Positions 47,447 to 57,554 of a DNA stretch of 64,000 bases are shown one piece after another. The notes under the pieces are model-generated. The model was not told the origin of the DNA and did not search any database. It saw only the letters and a list, made by a program, of their open reading frames with translations. The number at the start of each line of letters is the position of its first letter. Position 1 is the first letter of the stretch. Both the position numbers and the translations under genes were made by a program. The DNA comes from Deltaproteobacteria bacterium. GTDB taxonomy: Bacteria; Myxococcota; Kuafuiibacteriia; Kuafuiibacteriales; Kuafuiibacteriaceae. The stretch is from assembly GCA_040218735.1 (NCBI GenBank), contig JAVJQW010000023.1, positions 96,001-160,000 of the forward strand, given 5' to 3'.

Positions 47447-48796
47447 TCAGAACATGAAGCCCGCGCCCACGTTGAGGACGGTCTCCGTGTGGCCCATTCC
47501 CTTTTGGAAGCGGACCACCGCGTCGGACTTCAAGATGACTTGGAGGATCGGCCGGTACGAGAGGCCGACCACGAGATCGGTGCGGGCGAGCGCGGCGTCG
47601 GCCGCGGTTTTGTCGCGCCCTTCGAGCTTCGCCATGGTGTCGTAGTGCTCGACCCGCGCGAACGGGAGGATCTGGTGCTCGGTGTCCACGAGGGAGAGCA
47701 CGTCGTAGGCGATCTCGCCGTACGCGCCGTAGGCCAACGACGCGACGTCGGGGCCCACGAAGTTGCCCGCCGCATCGACCGCGGTGCGCAGCTCGGCGGT
47801 GTCACCGATGGTGAACGCCGCCGCGACGACGCGCGCTTCGATGCCCTTGTAGCGGGTGCGTCCGTCGACCGCGAAGCCGAGGACGGGGACGCCGATGTCG
47901 AGCGCGTTGCCGTCGATGTCGAACAGGTCGGGCGCGTTGGGGCCGGCCTGGCCGTAGTACCCGGCCGCACCGAACACCGTGCCGAGGATCGGCTCGTACT
48001 CGACGCGCGCCGTGACCGCCGGTGAGGACGCGCGCGCGAGGACGAAGTCCTGTCGACCGCCCGCGACCGCGCGGTTGCGTTCGAAGCCGAGCGGGTTGAA
48101 GCCGGTCGTGAGGTACACCTCGTAGTCGAGGCCCTCGGCGAGCGAGCCGAACAGGCCGACACCACCCTCGCGCCAGGTCGACGGGATGATGTTGCGTTCG
48201 ACGGCCGGTCGGTCGACGCCGTGGAAGACCGTGGGCTCGTGCCACTGGTTGATGAAACCCATCGGCATCAGGACCATGCCGAGCCGCACGTTGATGGCGT
48301 CGGTGAGGAGGAACTCGAGCGTCGCCTGTTCGAAGCCCGCGTAACCCGGGAGATCGGCGCCGCCGGCGAGCGCGTGTTCGACTTCGAGCTCGGCGTAGAA
48401 ACGGATCCAGTCCGTGAAGCGGTGCGCGACGAAGAGGATGATGCGACGCAGGTCGGCGACGCCGTCCGGGTCCTCTTGGTTCGCGAGGATCGATTGGTAG
48501 TAGACGATCTCGCCGTAGCCACCGATCGCGGTGTTGGCGGCGATGGCAAAACGGTACGCGCGGAGGCCGCGGGTCAGGTCACGGCGGAGGCGCTCGATCT
48601 CCTCCTGCTCGGAGGTCATCACCGACGAGCCGTCCGGTTTGGCGTCGGCGACGGTCTCGGGCTCCTCGTCCGGGAGCTCGATGATCGGGCCGTCCTCCTC
48701 CCCTTCGGAGGTGAGCGCTGCCGTCGCCGTGTCGACGGTCTGCGCCCCCGCGGTGCTCGTCGCCACGAGCGCGGCCAGGATCCATCCCTCCCACAT
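47447..48796 (-). CDS. Outer-membrane porin-like beta-barrel
   Basis: IGGYGE; ELEVEH; NQWHEPTVFHGVDRP; IIPSTWRE; ends GAGFMF. Confidence 0.8.
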   Translation of the reverse strand: MWEGWILAALVATSTAGAQTVDTATAALTSEGEEDGPIIELPDEEPETVADAKPDGSSVMTSEQEEIERLRRDLTRGLRAYRFAIAANTAIGGYGEIVYYQSILANQEDPDGVADLRRIILFVAHRFTDWIRFYAELEVEHALAGGADLPGYAGFEQATLEFLLTDAINVRLGMVLMPMGFINQWHEPTVFHGVDRPAVERNIIPSTWREGGVGLFGSLAEGLDYEVYLTTGFNPLGFERNRAVAGGRQDFVLARASSPAVTARVEYEPILGTVFGAAGYYGQAGPNAPDLFDIDGNALDIGVPVLGFAVDGRTRYKGIEARVVAAAFTIGDTAELRTAVDAAGNFVGPDVASLAYGAYGEIAYDVLSLVDTEHQILPFARVEHYDTMAKLEGRDKTAADAALARTDLVVGLSYRPILQVILKSDAVVRFQKGMGHTETVLNVGAGFMF

Positions 48797-48812
48797 GTGC
48801 CGGTTCGCTGTT

Positions 48813-48834
48813 AATGATTCTGAGAATCATTTGC
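48813..48834. promoter_or_regulatory. Fur box
   Basis: Perfect 9-1-9 inverted repeat AATGATTCT-G-AGAATCATT (48813-48831); 48816-48834 matches 14/19 of the Fur consensus; ~17 bp upstream of the porin ATG. Confidence 0.8.
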
Positions 48835-48902
48835 AACTTATTTTCCCCGTAGGTCGGCGGGTCCTGCGCGGATCCTCGATTGAATTCAGTGGGTTGTATC
48901 GT

Positions 48903-49562
48903 CTACAGCAGGTCGCGGAGCGCCGAGAGCTCCCCGGCGACGAGCTGAGGGAGGCGTTCGGGGGGCTGTCCGAACCGGTTGACCCAGTACACCGTCAGCC
49001 CCGCCGTCGAGGCGCCCGCGGCGTCCCAGGCGTTCGCGGTGCAGAACGCGACCTTGGACTTTTCGACGCCGAAGCGCTCGCCCGGGAGATCGTAGACGGG
49101 CGGGTCCGGCTTGTACGTCGCGATCGGATCGACGGAGAGGATCGCGTCGAGCCGTTCGGTCAGTCCGGCGTGGGCGGCGGCCGTCTCGAGCATCGCCGGC
49201 GATCCATTCGATAGAATCGCGGTACGCACGCCCTGGGCCTTCAGCGCATCGAGCACCTCGGGCACCTCGTCGTACGCATCGATCCGTTCGTAGAGTGACA
49301 ACAGCTCGTCACGCAGCGAGGGGTCGTCGATCTTCACCGCCGCCATCGCGTAGTCGAGCGCCTCGGACGTCACGGTCCAAAAGTCCACGTACCGCTTCAT
49401 CAGCGCGCGCAGCCAAGTGTACTCGAGCTGCTTCGTCCGCCAGATCGCCGACAGCGCGTCGGCGTGCTCGCCCAGCTTCGGCGCGAGCTTTCGCGCCGCG
49501 GAGTGCACGTCGAACAACGTCCCGTAGGCGTCGAACGCGACGACCTCGATCCCCTCTTTCAT
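48903..49562 (-). CDS. Haloacid dehalogenase type II
   Basis: FDAYGTLFD; WRTKQLEYTW; ILSNG; YKPDP; NAWDA. Confidence 0.92.
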   Translation of the reverse strand: MKEGIEVVAFDAYGTLFDVHSAARKLAPKLGEHADALSAIWRTKQLEYTWLRALMKRYVDFWTVTSEALDYAMAAVKIDDPSLRDELLSLYERIDAYDEVPEVLDALKAQGVRTAILSNGSPAMLETAAAHAGLTERLDAILSVDPIATYKPDPPVYDLPGERFGVEKSKVAFCTANAWDAAGASTAGLTVYWVNRFGQPPERLPQLVAGELSALRDLL

Positions 49563-49978
49563 TCGGACTCCTTCAACGCATCCACGAGCGTCGTCCACGC
49601 GAGCGTCGCGCAGCGGGTGCGGCTCGGGAACGCACGCACGCCGAGCAGATCGGCGAGCGCTTCGTCGTCCTCGGTGTTGCCGCGCGCGAGGAGCGTCGTG
49701 AGGCGCTCGGCGAGCGCGCGCGCTTCGTGGGGTGAGCGGCCGTCGACGAGCGTCGTCATCTTCGACGCCGACGCCTTGGCGATCGCGCACCCCCGGGACT
49801 CGAACGCCACGCGCACGATGCTGTCGCCCTCCACCTTCAGATCCACGTCGACCCGATCTCCGCACAGCGGGTTGGAACCGCGCGCGGAGTGCGTCGGATC
49901 TTCGAGGCGCCCCTCGTTGCGCGGGGCCTTCTCGTGTTCGAGCACCCAGGCCCGGTACAGCGCGCGTGCGTCCGTCAT
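49559..49978 (-). CDS. sufU: SufU/NifU-like sulfur-transfer protein
   Basis: NPLCGD; GCAIAKASAS; RTRCATLAW. Confidence 0.9.
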   Translation of the reverse strand: MTDARALYRAWVLEHEKAPRNEGRLEDPTHSARGSNPLCGDRVDVDLKVEGDSIVRVAFESRGCAIAKASASKMTTLVDGRSPHEARALAERLTTLLARGNTEDDEALADLLGVRAFPSRTRCATLAWTTLVDALKESE

Positions 49979-51156
49979 CCGAAGATCCCTCGCACGTCGT
50001 CCAACCCGGCGACGAGCCGATCGATCTCTTCCGCCGCGTTGTACATCGCGACGGAGAGCCGCACGGTCGCGGGCACACCGAAGTGCTCCATCACCGGCTG
50101 CGTGCAGTGATGACCGGCGCGCACCGCGACGCCGTGGGTGTCGAGGATCGTCCCGACGTCGTGCGGGTGCACCCCCTCCACCGCGAACGACACCACGCCG
50201 GAGCGCTCCTTCGGAGTCCCGATCAACCGCACGCGCGACGACAGCTGCTCCACCGCGTAGTCGAGGAGCGCACGTTCGTGGTTCGCGACCGCGACGAGGT
50301 CGGCGGCTTCGAGGAAGTCCATCGCAGCGGCGAGCCCGACCGCGCCCGCGACGTTCGGCGTACCGGCCTCGAAGCGGTGCGGCACGTCGTTGAACGTCGT
50401 CTCGTCGAACGACACGGTGAGCACCATGTCGCCGCCGAATTGCCACGGCGGCAACGCTTCGAGGTCACGGCCGTAGAGGGCGCCGATCCCCATCGGCCCG
50501 TACATCTTGTGCCCGGACAACGCATAGAAGTCGCAGCCGAGCGCCGAGACGTCGACCGGGCCGTGCGCGAGTCGCTGCGCGCCGTCGACCACGGTCACCG
50601 CGCCGACCTCACGCGCCGCCGCGATGAGCGTCGCGATGTCGTTCACCGAACCGAGGCTGTTCGACACGTGGTTCATCGCGACGATCTTCGTGTTCGGACC
50701 AAGCAACGAAGGGATGGCATCGAGCCGCCAGTCTCCCGCGTCGTCGATCGGGAGCACGCGAAGCGTCGCGCCGGTGCGCAGGCAGAGCTGCTGCCAAGGG
50801 ACGAGGTTCGAGTGGTGCTCGAGCTCGGTAACGAGCACTTCGTCGCCGGGGCCGACCTTCGACCCGTACGCGACGAGGTTGATCGCCTCCGTCGTCCCGC
50901 GCGTGAACACGATCTCGGCGGCGTCCTTCGCGCCGAGGTACCGCGCCACCCGCGCGCGCGCGCCCTCGTACGCCTCCGTCGCCTCGACGCTCAGCGTGTG
51001 CACGCCGCGGTGCACGTTGGCGTTCGAGGTCCGGTAGTACCTGTCGACCGCGTCCAGCACCGCGCGCGGCTTCTGGGTGGTGCTCGCGTTGTCGAGGTAG
51101 GCGACGGGCTTGCCCTCGACCGTGCGCTTGCAGATGGGAAACTCGTCCTCGAGCAC
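49975..51156 (-). CDS. sufS: Cysteine desulfurase, SufS family
   Basis: YLDNASTTQKP; EHHSN; SGHKMYGP; FEAGTP; RAGHHCTQP. Confidence 0.95.
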   Translation of the reverse strand: MLEDEFPICKRTVEGKPVAYLDNASTTQKPRAVLDAVDRYYRTSNANVHRGVHTLSVEATEAYEGARARVARYLGAKDAAEIVFTRGTTEAINLVAYGSKVGPGDEVLVTELEHHSNLVPWQQLCLRTGATLRVLPIDDAGDWRLDAIPSLLGPNTKIVAMNHVSNSLGSVNDIATLIAAAREVGAVTVVDGAQRLAHGPVDVSALGCDFYALSGHKMYGPMGIGALYGRDLEALPPWQFGGDMVLTVSFDETTFNDVPHRFEAGTPNVAGAVGLAAAMDFLEAADLVAVANHERALLDYAVEQLSSRVRLIGTPKERSGVVSFAVEGVHPHDVGTILDTHGVAVRAGHHCTQPVMEHFGVPATVRLSVAMYNAAEEIDRLVAGLDDVRGIFG

Positions 51157-51212
51157 CGCGCCGAACGTAGCGCGCCGCGGACGTTCCGTCGAACGGCGAC
51201 GTCGGCTCTAGC
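51148..51212 (+). repeat. Direct repeat copy 1 (~64 bp)
   Basis: ctcgagcaccgcgccgaac-gtagcgcgccgcggacgttccgtcgaacggcgacgtcggctctagc, near-identical to 52922-52985. Confidence 0.9.
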
Positions 51213-51221
51213 GCGATTGAC

Positions 51222-51413
51222 GTGGGGCAGTTCCGCGGCTCTTGTACGCCCGTGGAGCTCACCGCCGAAGAGGAAGGGATAGCGCGTAGTCGAGGCGTCG
51301 CAGTGTTCGCGGATCGCTTGATCCTCGAGGGCGACCCGGCCCGCCTCGAGCTCGCCGAGCGCCTCCGCGCCGTCGCCGACCACCTCGATCAGCGCTTCAA
51401 AAGCCGTTGGTGA
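51222..51413 (+). CDS. Short hypothetical ORF or gene fragment
   Basis: 63 aa inside the insert; protein-like composition; may be a remnant. Confidence 0.3.
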   Translation: MGQFRGSCTPVELTAEEEGIARSRGVAVFADRLILEGDPARLELAERLRAVADHLDQRFKSRW

Positions 51414-51453
51414 GCGATGGACACCGCGAGCGAAGCGCGCGACCTGAGACGAC

Positions 51454-52668
51454 TCAGCGGAGCCCCGCCTTCCGCATCCTCGCGACCGTCGCGTCACTGC
51501 AACGCACCTTGTGGGAAGCGCCACGTAGTCGCTTGGCCTCTTCGAGCGGCGTGTGACCGCGGGAGTCCTTCACCGCTTTCGCGCCGGCCTCCAGCAGGAC
51601 CTCGACAACCGCGGCGTCGCAGCTTCGCGCGGCCTCGTGCAACGGCGTCGTCGACACGGACACGGGCGCCCGAAACGTTCGGTTCACATCCGCACCCGCC
51701 GCGACCAGCGCGCGGACGACCCGTAACTCCTTCGTCCCCGCCGCGTGAAGGAGCGGCGACTCGACGTCATCCTGCTCCGTCTCGACCGGGGCGCCCGCCG
51801 CCAGCAGCAGCTCCACCGCGCGCGCGTGACCGAACGCCGCGGCGAGGTCGAGCGGCGTGAGGCCGTTGGTGTCACGCACCGCGAACTCCGGCTCTCGGGC
51901 GAGGAGGAGCGCCAGCACCTCGGCGCGCCCCTGCGCCGCCGCAAGGCCCACCGGCGTCTGCTTCGTCAGCTCGTCCTGGGCGTTCACGTCGGCGCCCGCG
52001 GCGAGCAACCGCCGGACGATCGCGATGTCGCCCGTCACGGCGCCGGACAGCGGCGTCTCGCCGTAGAGCGTGCCACGGTCCACCGGGACGTCTGCCGCCA
52101 GGAGCCGCTCCACCACCTTCGTGTGCCCTCCGACCGACGCGAGGAACAGCGGCGTTGCACCGGAGCGGCCCTTCGACACCTCGACTTTCGTGTGCGCGAG
52201 CGGATCCGCGTGCGCGTCCAGCAACGCCGACACGACGGCCTCGTGTCCAAGCCGAGCGGCCGCCAGGAGCGGCGTGATGCACCCTTCGATCCGCACGTCG
52301 GGATCGGCGCCGCGCTCCAGCATCGCGATCACCCGAGCTTCGTCGCCGCTCCGCGCGGCCTCTACGAGCTCGACCGCCTGGACATTCGGTGCACACGGCC
52401 CCCACGCGTCACCGCCTTCGCACCGAGCGCTACCAAAAGACTCGAGCTGCGCGCCTTCCGCATACGAACTGCACGACAGGCACGGCTTTCGAGCGTCCGG
52501 CTCGCAGACATCCTCCTTGCACGCGACGACGGCGAGGCAAAGCGCGACCGCGCGAAGTCGATATCGGATGCGCGGGCAACCAAGCCCTTGTCCGCGCTCG
52601 CGCGCATCTTCGGTCGATGCATGTTCGACGCGATCCGGCGACGGGTCGATGCGGGCGGTGGTGCGCAC
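51454..52668 (-). CDS. Ankyrin repeat protein with a lipoprotein-like signal; start uncertain
   Basis: About seven TPLxxAA ankyrin repeats; LCLAVVAC lipobox-like; the nearest in-frame GTG lies within the antisense strand of the IS91 remnant. Confidence 0.8.
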   Translation of the reverse strand: MRTTARIDPSPDRVEHASTEDARERGQGLGCPRIRYRLRAVALCLAVVACKEDVCEPDARKPCLSCSSYAEGAQLESFGSARCEGGDAWGPCAPNVQAVELVEAARSGDEARVIAMLERGADPDVRIEGCITPLLAAARLGHEAVVSALLDAHADPLAHTKVEVSKGRSGATPLFLASVGGHTKVVERLLAADVPVDRGTLYGETPLSGAVTGDIAIVRRLLAAGADVNAQDELTKQTPVGLAAAQGRAEVLALLLAREPEFAVRDTNGLTPLDLAAAFGHARAVELLLAAGAPVETEQDDVESPLLHAAGTKELRVVRALVAAGADVNRTFRAPVSVSTTPLHEAARSCDAAVVEVLLEAGAKAVKDSRGHTPLEEAKRLRGASHKVRCSDATVARMRKAGLR

Positions 52669-52885
52669 CCCGGAGCGATCGTCGTGGGGCAGAGATTCTC
52701 CAAGACCCTCGCGCCCTTTCCTCACCTTCACGTCCTCGCCTTGGACGGAGCGTACGTCGAGGTCGGCGACGAGGTCGACTTCCGCGTCGATCCCGGACCG
52801 ACACCCGACGATATCCTCGGTCTCGGCCGTAGCGGTCTCGCGCCATCCCGCGGTTATCTCGAGGAGGACGACCAGAACGAGGAGA
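52588..52885 (+). pseudogene. IS91-family (Y2/HUH rolling-circle) transposase fragment
   Basis: PGAIVVGQRFSKTLAPFPHLHVLALDGAY resembles the IS91-family GxxxxxQxFGxxLxxxPHxHxLxxDGxY motif; the Zn-binding N-terminus and catalytic YxxxY are absent. Confidence 0.7.
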
Positions 52886-52921
52886 CCTCGACGGCTGGTT
52901 CGCCCCCGCCGCCTACGACCG

Positions 52922-52985
52922 CTCGAGCACCGCGCCGAACCGTAGCGCGGCGCGGACGTTCCGTCGAACGTCCGCGTCGGCTAGC
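52922..52985 (+). repeat. Direct repeat copy 2 (~64 bp)
   Basis: ctcgagcaccgcgccgaaccgtagcgcggcgcggacgttccgtcgaacgtccgcgtcggctagc. Confidence 0.9.
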
Positions 52986-52994
52986 CTGCGTGCG

Positions 52995-54599
52995 GTGAAG
53001 TTCGGGCCCATCGCGGTGGAGGACGCCGAGGGTACCTACCTCGGGCACACCCATCGCCTCCCCGACGGCGCGCTCAAGAAGGGGCGCCGGCTCACCGCGG
53101 ACGACGTGCAGCGGCTCGTGCGCGCGGGGATCACGACGGTCGTCGTCGCGCGACTCGACAAAGACGACGTGCACGAAGACGACGCCGCCGCCTCCGTCGC
53201 CGCGCGGGTGTGCGGTGGACACGTGCGCATCGCAGAAGCGACGACCGGCCGCGCGAACCTGTTCGCCGAGCGGCGCGGTGTCTTCGTCGTGGACCGCGCC
53301 GGGGTCGACGCGCTCAACACGATCGATCCGGCGATCACGTTTGCGACGATCGAACCCGACCGCATCGTGGAGGCGGGGGACCTGGTCGCGACCGTGAAGA
53401 TCATCCCGCTCGGTGTTCCTCGGTCGTCGATCGCAGAAGCCGAACGCACCGCCGCGCTGATCTCCATCGCACCGCTCGAAACACGACGGGCCGGACTCGT
53501 CCTCACCACGCTCCCCGGCGTGAAGGACCAACAGCTCACACGCGCCGAGCAGAGTCAGCGGCAGCGACTCGCGGCGCTCGGGTCCGCGCTGACCCACGTG
53601 GAGCGCGTCCCGCACGACGAAGGCGCGGTCGCCGCGGCCATCCAACGCTTGGACGCCGCTGGCTGTGATCCAATTCTGCTGCTCGGCGCTTCGGCGATCA
53701 CGGATCCGCAAGATGTCTTGCCGTCCGCGATCCGCAGCGCGGGCGGAGAGGTCCGCCACGTCGGGATGCCGGTCGACCCCGGCAACCTGCTCGTGCTCGG
53801 CACGTTCGAGACGCGCACGGTGATCGGCGTGCCGGGCTGCGCGCGATCGCTCGCGCGCAGCGGCTTCGACCGCGTGCTGGAGCGAACGGTCGCGGGCATC
53901 ACGATCGCGCCACGCGATATCATGGGTATGGGCGTGGGAGGGCTCATGAAGGACATCGACGCACGACCTCACCCTCGCCAGACCGACTCGACCAAACCGT
54001 CGTACCAAATCGGCGCCGTGGTGCTCGCCGCCGGACAGTCACGGCGGATGGGCGCGCAGAACAAACTCCTCGCAGAGGTGGGTGGACAGCCGATGGTGCG
54101 CCGCGCAGTGACGACGCTCGTCGCCGCGAACGTCGCGCCGATCGTCGTGGTCGTCGGACACGAAGCGGACCGTGTTCGCGCGGCGCTGTCCGAGCTCGAT
54201 GTCGACTTCGCCGACAACCCGAGTTTCGCCGACGGCCTCAGCACTTCGATTCGCACCGGCGCGGCGGCGCTCGAAGGTCGCGTGGACGGCGCGCTGTTCA
54301 TGTTGTCCGACATGCCGTGGGTGACGGACGCACACCTCAGGTCGCTGATCGAGGCGTTCGATCCCGAGGCGGGACACACGATCTGCGTCCCGACGCACGC
54401 CGGTCGGCGCGGCAATCCCATCCTTTGGGCGGCGCGCCACTTCCACGACATGCAGCGACTCACCGGTGACGTCGGCGCGCGTCCGCTGCTCGCGGAGCAC
54501 GCCGCGCAGATCGCGGAAGTCGAAGTGGACGATCGGGGTGTGCACTTCGACGTCGACACGCCGCAGGCCCTCGCCGAGCTCGACGACCCCACGGCCTGA
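52995..54599 (+). CDS. Molybdopterin-binding domain fused to a MocA-like molybdenum cofactor cytidylyltransferase
   Basis: [10 protein letters not shown] and GVPGCARS; C-terminal [38 protein letters not shown]. Confidence 0.9.
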   Translation: MKFGPIAVEDAEGTYLGHTHRLPDGALKKGRRLTADDVQRLVRAGITTVVVARLDKDDVHEDDAAASVAARVCGGHVRIAEATTGRANLFAERRGVFVVDRAGVDALNTIDPAITFATIEPDRIVEAGDLVATVKIIPLGVPRSSIAEAERTAALISIAPLETRRAGLVLTTLPGVKDQQLTRAEQSQRQRLAALGSALTHVERVPHDEGAVAAAIQRLDAAGCDPILLLGASAITDPQDVLPSAIRSAGGEVRHVGMPVDPGNLLVLGTFETRTVIGVPGCARSLARSGFDRVLERTVAGITIAPRDIMGMGVGGLMKDIDARPHPRQTDSTKPSYQIGAVVLAAGQSRRMGAQNKLLAEVGGQPMVRRAVTTLVAANVAPIVVVVGHEADRVRAALSELDVDFADNPSFADGLSTSIRTGAAALEGRVDGALFMLSDMPWVTDAHLRSLIEAFDPEAGHTICVPTHAGRRGNPILWAARHFHDMQRLTGDVGARPLLAEHAAQIAEVEVDDRGVHFDVDTPQALAELDDPTA

Positions 54600-54714
54600 G
54601 ACACAGCGCGTCATGCGTCCAAAACCCACTCGGGTCGGGTGGTGCCTATCTCTGCCCTCCCCTATCCTCGCGGCCCCGTCCCGGGGGGGACAGAGGCCGA
54701 AAGAAGGTTTGCGA

Positions 54715-55182
54715 ATGCAAGTAACGATGACCGTGAACAACAAATCGATCACACGCGACGTCGAGCCGCGGATGCTGTTGGTCGAACTCATCCGCCAAGA
54801 GCTCGCGCTGACGGGGACGCACGTGGGCTGCGATACGAGTCAGTGCGGTGCGTGCACCGTCATGGTCGACGACAAATCCATCAAGAGCTGCACGATGCTC
54901 GCCGTCGAGGCCGACGGCCGCAGCGTGAAGACGATCGAATCGCTCGAAACGAACGGCGAGCTGCACCCGATGCAGGCTGCGTTCAAGGAGTGCCACGGGC
55001 TGCAGTGCGGCTTCTGCACACCAGGGATGGTGATGAGCACCGTCGACCTCCTGCAGAACAACGCCAACCCGAGCGAAGGCGAAATCCGAGAGTGGCTCGA
55101 GGGCAACATCTGCCGGTGCACCGGCTACCACAACATCGTGAAGGCCGTTCAGCACTGCGCTGGCGGTTCGAAGGGGGCGTGA
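54715..55182 (+). CDS. coxS: Molybdenum hydroxylase small (2x[2Fe-2S]) subunit, CoxS/CutS
   Basis: [12 protein letters not shown]; KSC; LQCGFCTPG; GNICRCTGY. Confidence 0.93.
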   Translation: MQVTMTVNNKSITRDVEPRMLLVELIRQELALTGTHVGCDTSQCGACTVMVDDKSIKSCTMLAVEADGRSVKTIESLETNGELHPMQAAFKECHGLQCGFCTPGMVMSTVDLLQNNANPSEGEIREWLEGNICRCTGYHNIVKAVQHCAGGSKGA

Positions 55183-55183
55183 C

Positions 55184-57538
55184 ATGGGTGCCATTGGACA
55201 GCCAATCAAGCGCAAGGAAGACCATCGCTTCCTGACCGGCCGCGGCCGCTACACCGACGACATCGTTCGTCCGAACCAGGCGTACGCGCACTTCGTTCGG
55301 TCGCCGTACGCACACGCGAAGATCAACGCGATCGACACCGCCGACGCGGCCGAGGCCGAAGGCGTCATCGCGATCTACACGGGCAAGGATCTGGAGGGGA
55401 TCGGCGGCATTCCGTGCGGCTGGCAGATCCACAACAAGGACGGGAGCCCGATGGCCGAGCCGGCGCACCCGGCGCTGGTGAGCGACAAGGTTCGCTACGT
55501 CGGTGACATGGTCGCGATCGTCGTCGCGGAGACGAAGGTGCAGGCGAAGGCCGCCGCGCAGCTCGTCGCCGTCGACTACGACCCGATCGACGCGGTCGGG
55601 AGCATCGGCGCCGCGATCGCCGAGGGCGCCGCGCAGGTGCACGACGACGTGGCGAACAACCGCTGCTTCGACTGGCACCTCGGTGAGAAGGACCCGGTCG
55701 ACGCGGCGTTCGCGAAGGCGGACCACGTCGTCGAGATGGACGTCGTCAACAACCGCCTCATCCCGAACGCGATGGAGCCTCGCGCGGCGATCGCCGAGTA
55801 CGACGTGTCGTCGGACATGACCACGCTGTGGACGACGTCGCAGAACCCGCACCTCATTCGACTGCTGCTCGGTGCGTTCGTGCTGTCGATCCCGGAGCAC
55901 AAGCTCCGCGTGATCGCGCCGGACGTCGGCGGTGGGTTCGGCTCGAAGATCTACCTGTACGCCGAGGAGACGGTCGTCACCTGGGCGGCGCGCAAGCTCG
56001 GTCGTGCGGTGAAGTGGACGGCCGATCGTACGGAGGCCTTCCAGGCCGACGCACACGGGCGTGACCAGGTCGGCCACGCGCGGCTCGCGCTCGACAAGGA
56101 CGGCAAGTTCCTCGGGCTGCACATCAAGAACAAGGCGAACATGGGCGCCTACCTGTCGACGTTCGCGCCGGCGGTTCCGACGTACCTGCACGGCACGCTG
56201 TTCGCGGGGGTCTACACGACGCCGGCGATCTACGTGGAGGTCGAGGCGGTGTTCACGAACACCGCGCCGGTCGACGCGTACCGCGGCGCCGGGCGTCCCG
56301 AGGCGACCTACCAGCTCGAGCGACTCGTCGACAAAGCGGCGGATCAGCTCGGCATCGATCGCATCGAGATTCGCCGGAAGAACATGATCCAGAAGGACCA
56401 GTTCCCGTACCAGACGCCGGTCGCGCTCGAGTACGACACGGGTGACTTCGTGGCGTGTCTGGATCTGGCGCTGAAGGAGGCCGACTGGGCCGGGTTCGAG
56501 GCGCGTCGCGCCGAGGCGAAGTCGCGCGGCAAGCTGCGCGGCATCGGCTGCTCGACCTACCTCGAAGCGTGCGGCATCGCGCCGTCCGCGCTCGCGGGTG
56601 CGCTCGGCGCGCGCGCGGGTCTGTACGAGTCGGGTTCGATTCGTGTCCACCCGACGGGCTCCGTCACGGTGTTCACGGGCACCCACTCACACGGTCAGGG
56701 TCACGAGACGGCGTTCGCGCAGCTCGTCGCGGATCACTTCGGCGTGGACGTCGACGCAGTCGACATCCAGCACGGTGACTCGGCGCAGACGGCCTTCGGT
56801 ATGGGGACCTACGGTTCGCGTTCGTTGGCGGTCGGCGGCTCGGCGATCGTGCAGGCGGCGGACAAGGTCATCGCGAAGGGCAAGAAGATCGCGGCGCACC
56901 TGCTGGAGGCTTCCGAGGCGGACATCGAGTTCGCGGACGGCAAGTTCACCGTGAAGGGCACCGACCGGGAGAAGACGTTCGGCGAGATCGCGCTGGCGGC
57001 GTACGTGCCGCACAACTACCCGATCGAAGAGGTGGAGCCGGGGCTCGAGGAGACGGCGTTCTACGACCCGAAGAACTTCACGTTCCCGGGTGGCTGCCAC
57101 ATCTGCGAGCTCGAGGTGGACCCGGAGACGGGCACCATCGAGGTCTGCAACATCGTCGTCACGGATGACGTCGGCCGCATCATCAACCCGATGATCGTCG
57201 AAGGTCAGATCCACGGCGGCGTGGCGCAGGGCATCGGCCAGGCGCTGCTCGAAGGCTGTGTCTACGACGAAGACGGTCAGCTGCTGACCGGTTCCTACAT
57301 GAACTACACGATGCCGCGCGCGGCGGACTTGCCGATGATGAAGGTCGGCAACCACGTCACGCACTGCACGCACAACCCCGTCGGCGCGAAGGGCGTCGGC
57401 GAGGTCGGCTCGATCGGCGTGACGCCGGCGGTGATCAACGCCGTCGTCGACGCACTCAAGCCGGTGGGCGTGAAGGACATCGAGATGCCGGCGACGCCCC
57501 AGCGCGTTTGGCAGGCGATTCAGTCGGCGCAGGGCTGA
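55184..57538 (+). CDS. coxL: Molybdenum hydroxylase large subunit, form II CoxL-like
   Basis: DVGGGFGSK; [10 protein letters not shown] (form II motif, not AYxCSFR); HGQGHET; GAKGVGE. Confidence 0.92.
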   Translation: MGAIGQPIKRKEDHRFLTGRGRYTDDIVRPNQAYAHFVRSPYAHAKINAIDTADAAEAEGVIAIYTGKDLEGIGGIPCGWQIHNKDGSPMAEPAHPALVSDKVRYVGDMVAIVVAETKVQAKAAAQLVAVDYDPIDAVGSIGAAIAEGAAQVHDDVANNRCFDWHLGEKDPVDAAFAKADHVVEMDVVNNRLIPNAMEPRAAIAEYDVSSDMTTLWTTSQNPHLIRLLLGAFVLSIPEHKLRVIAPDVGGGFGSKIYLYAEETVVTWAARKLGRAVKWTADRTEAFQADAHGRDQVGHARLALDKDGKFLGLHIKNKANMGAYLSTFAPAVPTYLHGTLFAGVYTTPAIYVEVEAVFTNTAPVDAYRGAGRPEATYQLERLVDKAADQLGIDRIEIRRKNMIQKDQFPYQTPVALEYDTGDFVACLDLALKEADWAGFEARRAEAKSRGKLRGIGCSTYLEACGIAPSALAGALGARAGLYESGSIRVHPTGSVTVFTGTHSHGQGHETAFAQLVADHFGVDVDAVDIQHGDSAQTAFGMGTYGSRSLAVGGSAIVQAADKVIAKGKKIAAHLLEASEADIEFADGKFTVKGTDREKTFGEIALAAYVPHNYPIEEVEPGLEETAFYDPKNFTFPGGCHICELEVDPETGTIEVCNIVVTDDVGRIINPMIVEGQIHGGVAQGIGQALLEGCVYDEDGQLLTGSYMNYTMPRAADLPMMKVGNHVTHCTHNPVGAKGVGEVGSIGVTPAVINAVVDALKPVGVKDIEMPATPQRVWQAIQSAQG

Positions 57539-57554
57539 GGGAGGAACTTAGGTC

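Noticed and set aside
51148-52985. Intact IS91 element or prophage att sites
   Set aside because: Only ~100 codons of transposase remain; no integrase or phage genes; no ori/ter ends identified.
55184-57538. Bona fide aerobic CO dehydrogenase (form I)
   Set aside because: The active-site motif is AYRGAGR rather than AYxCSFR and the order is S-L-M, so it is form II with unknown substrate.
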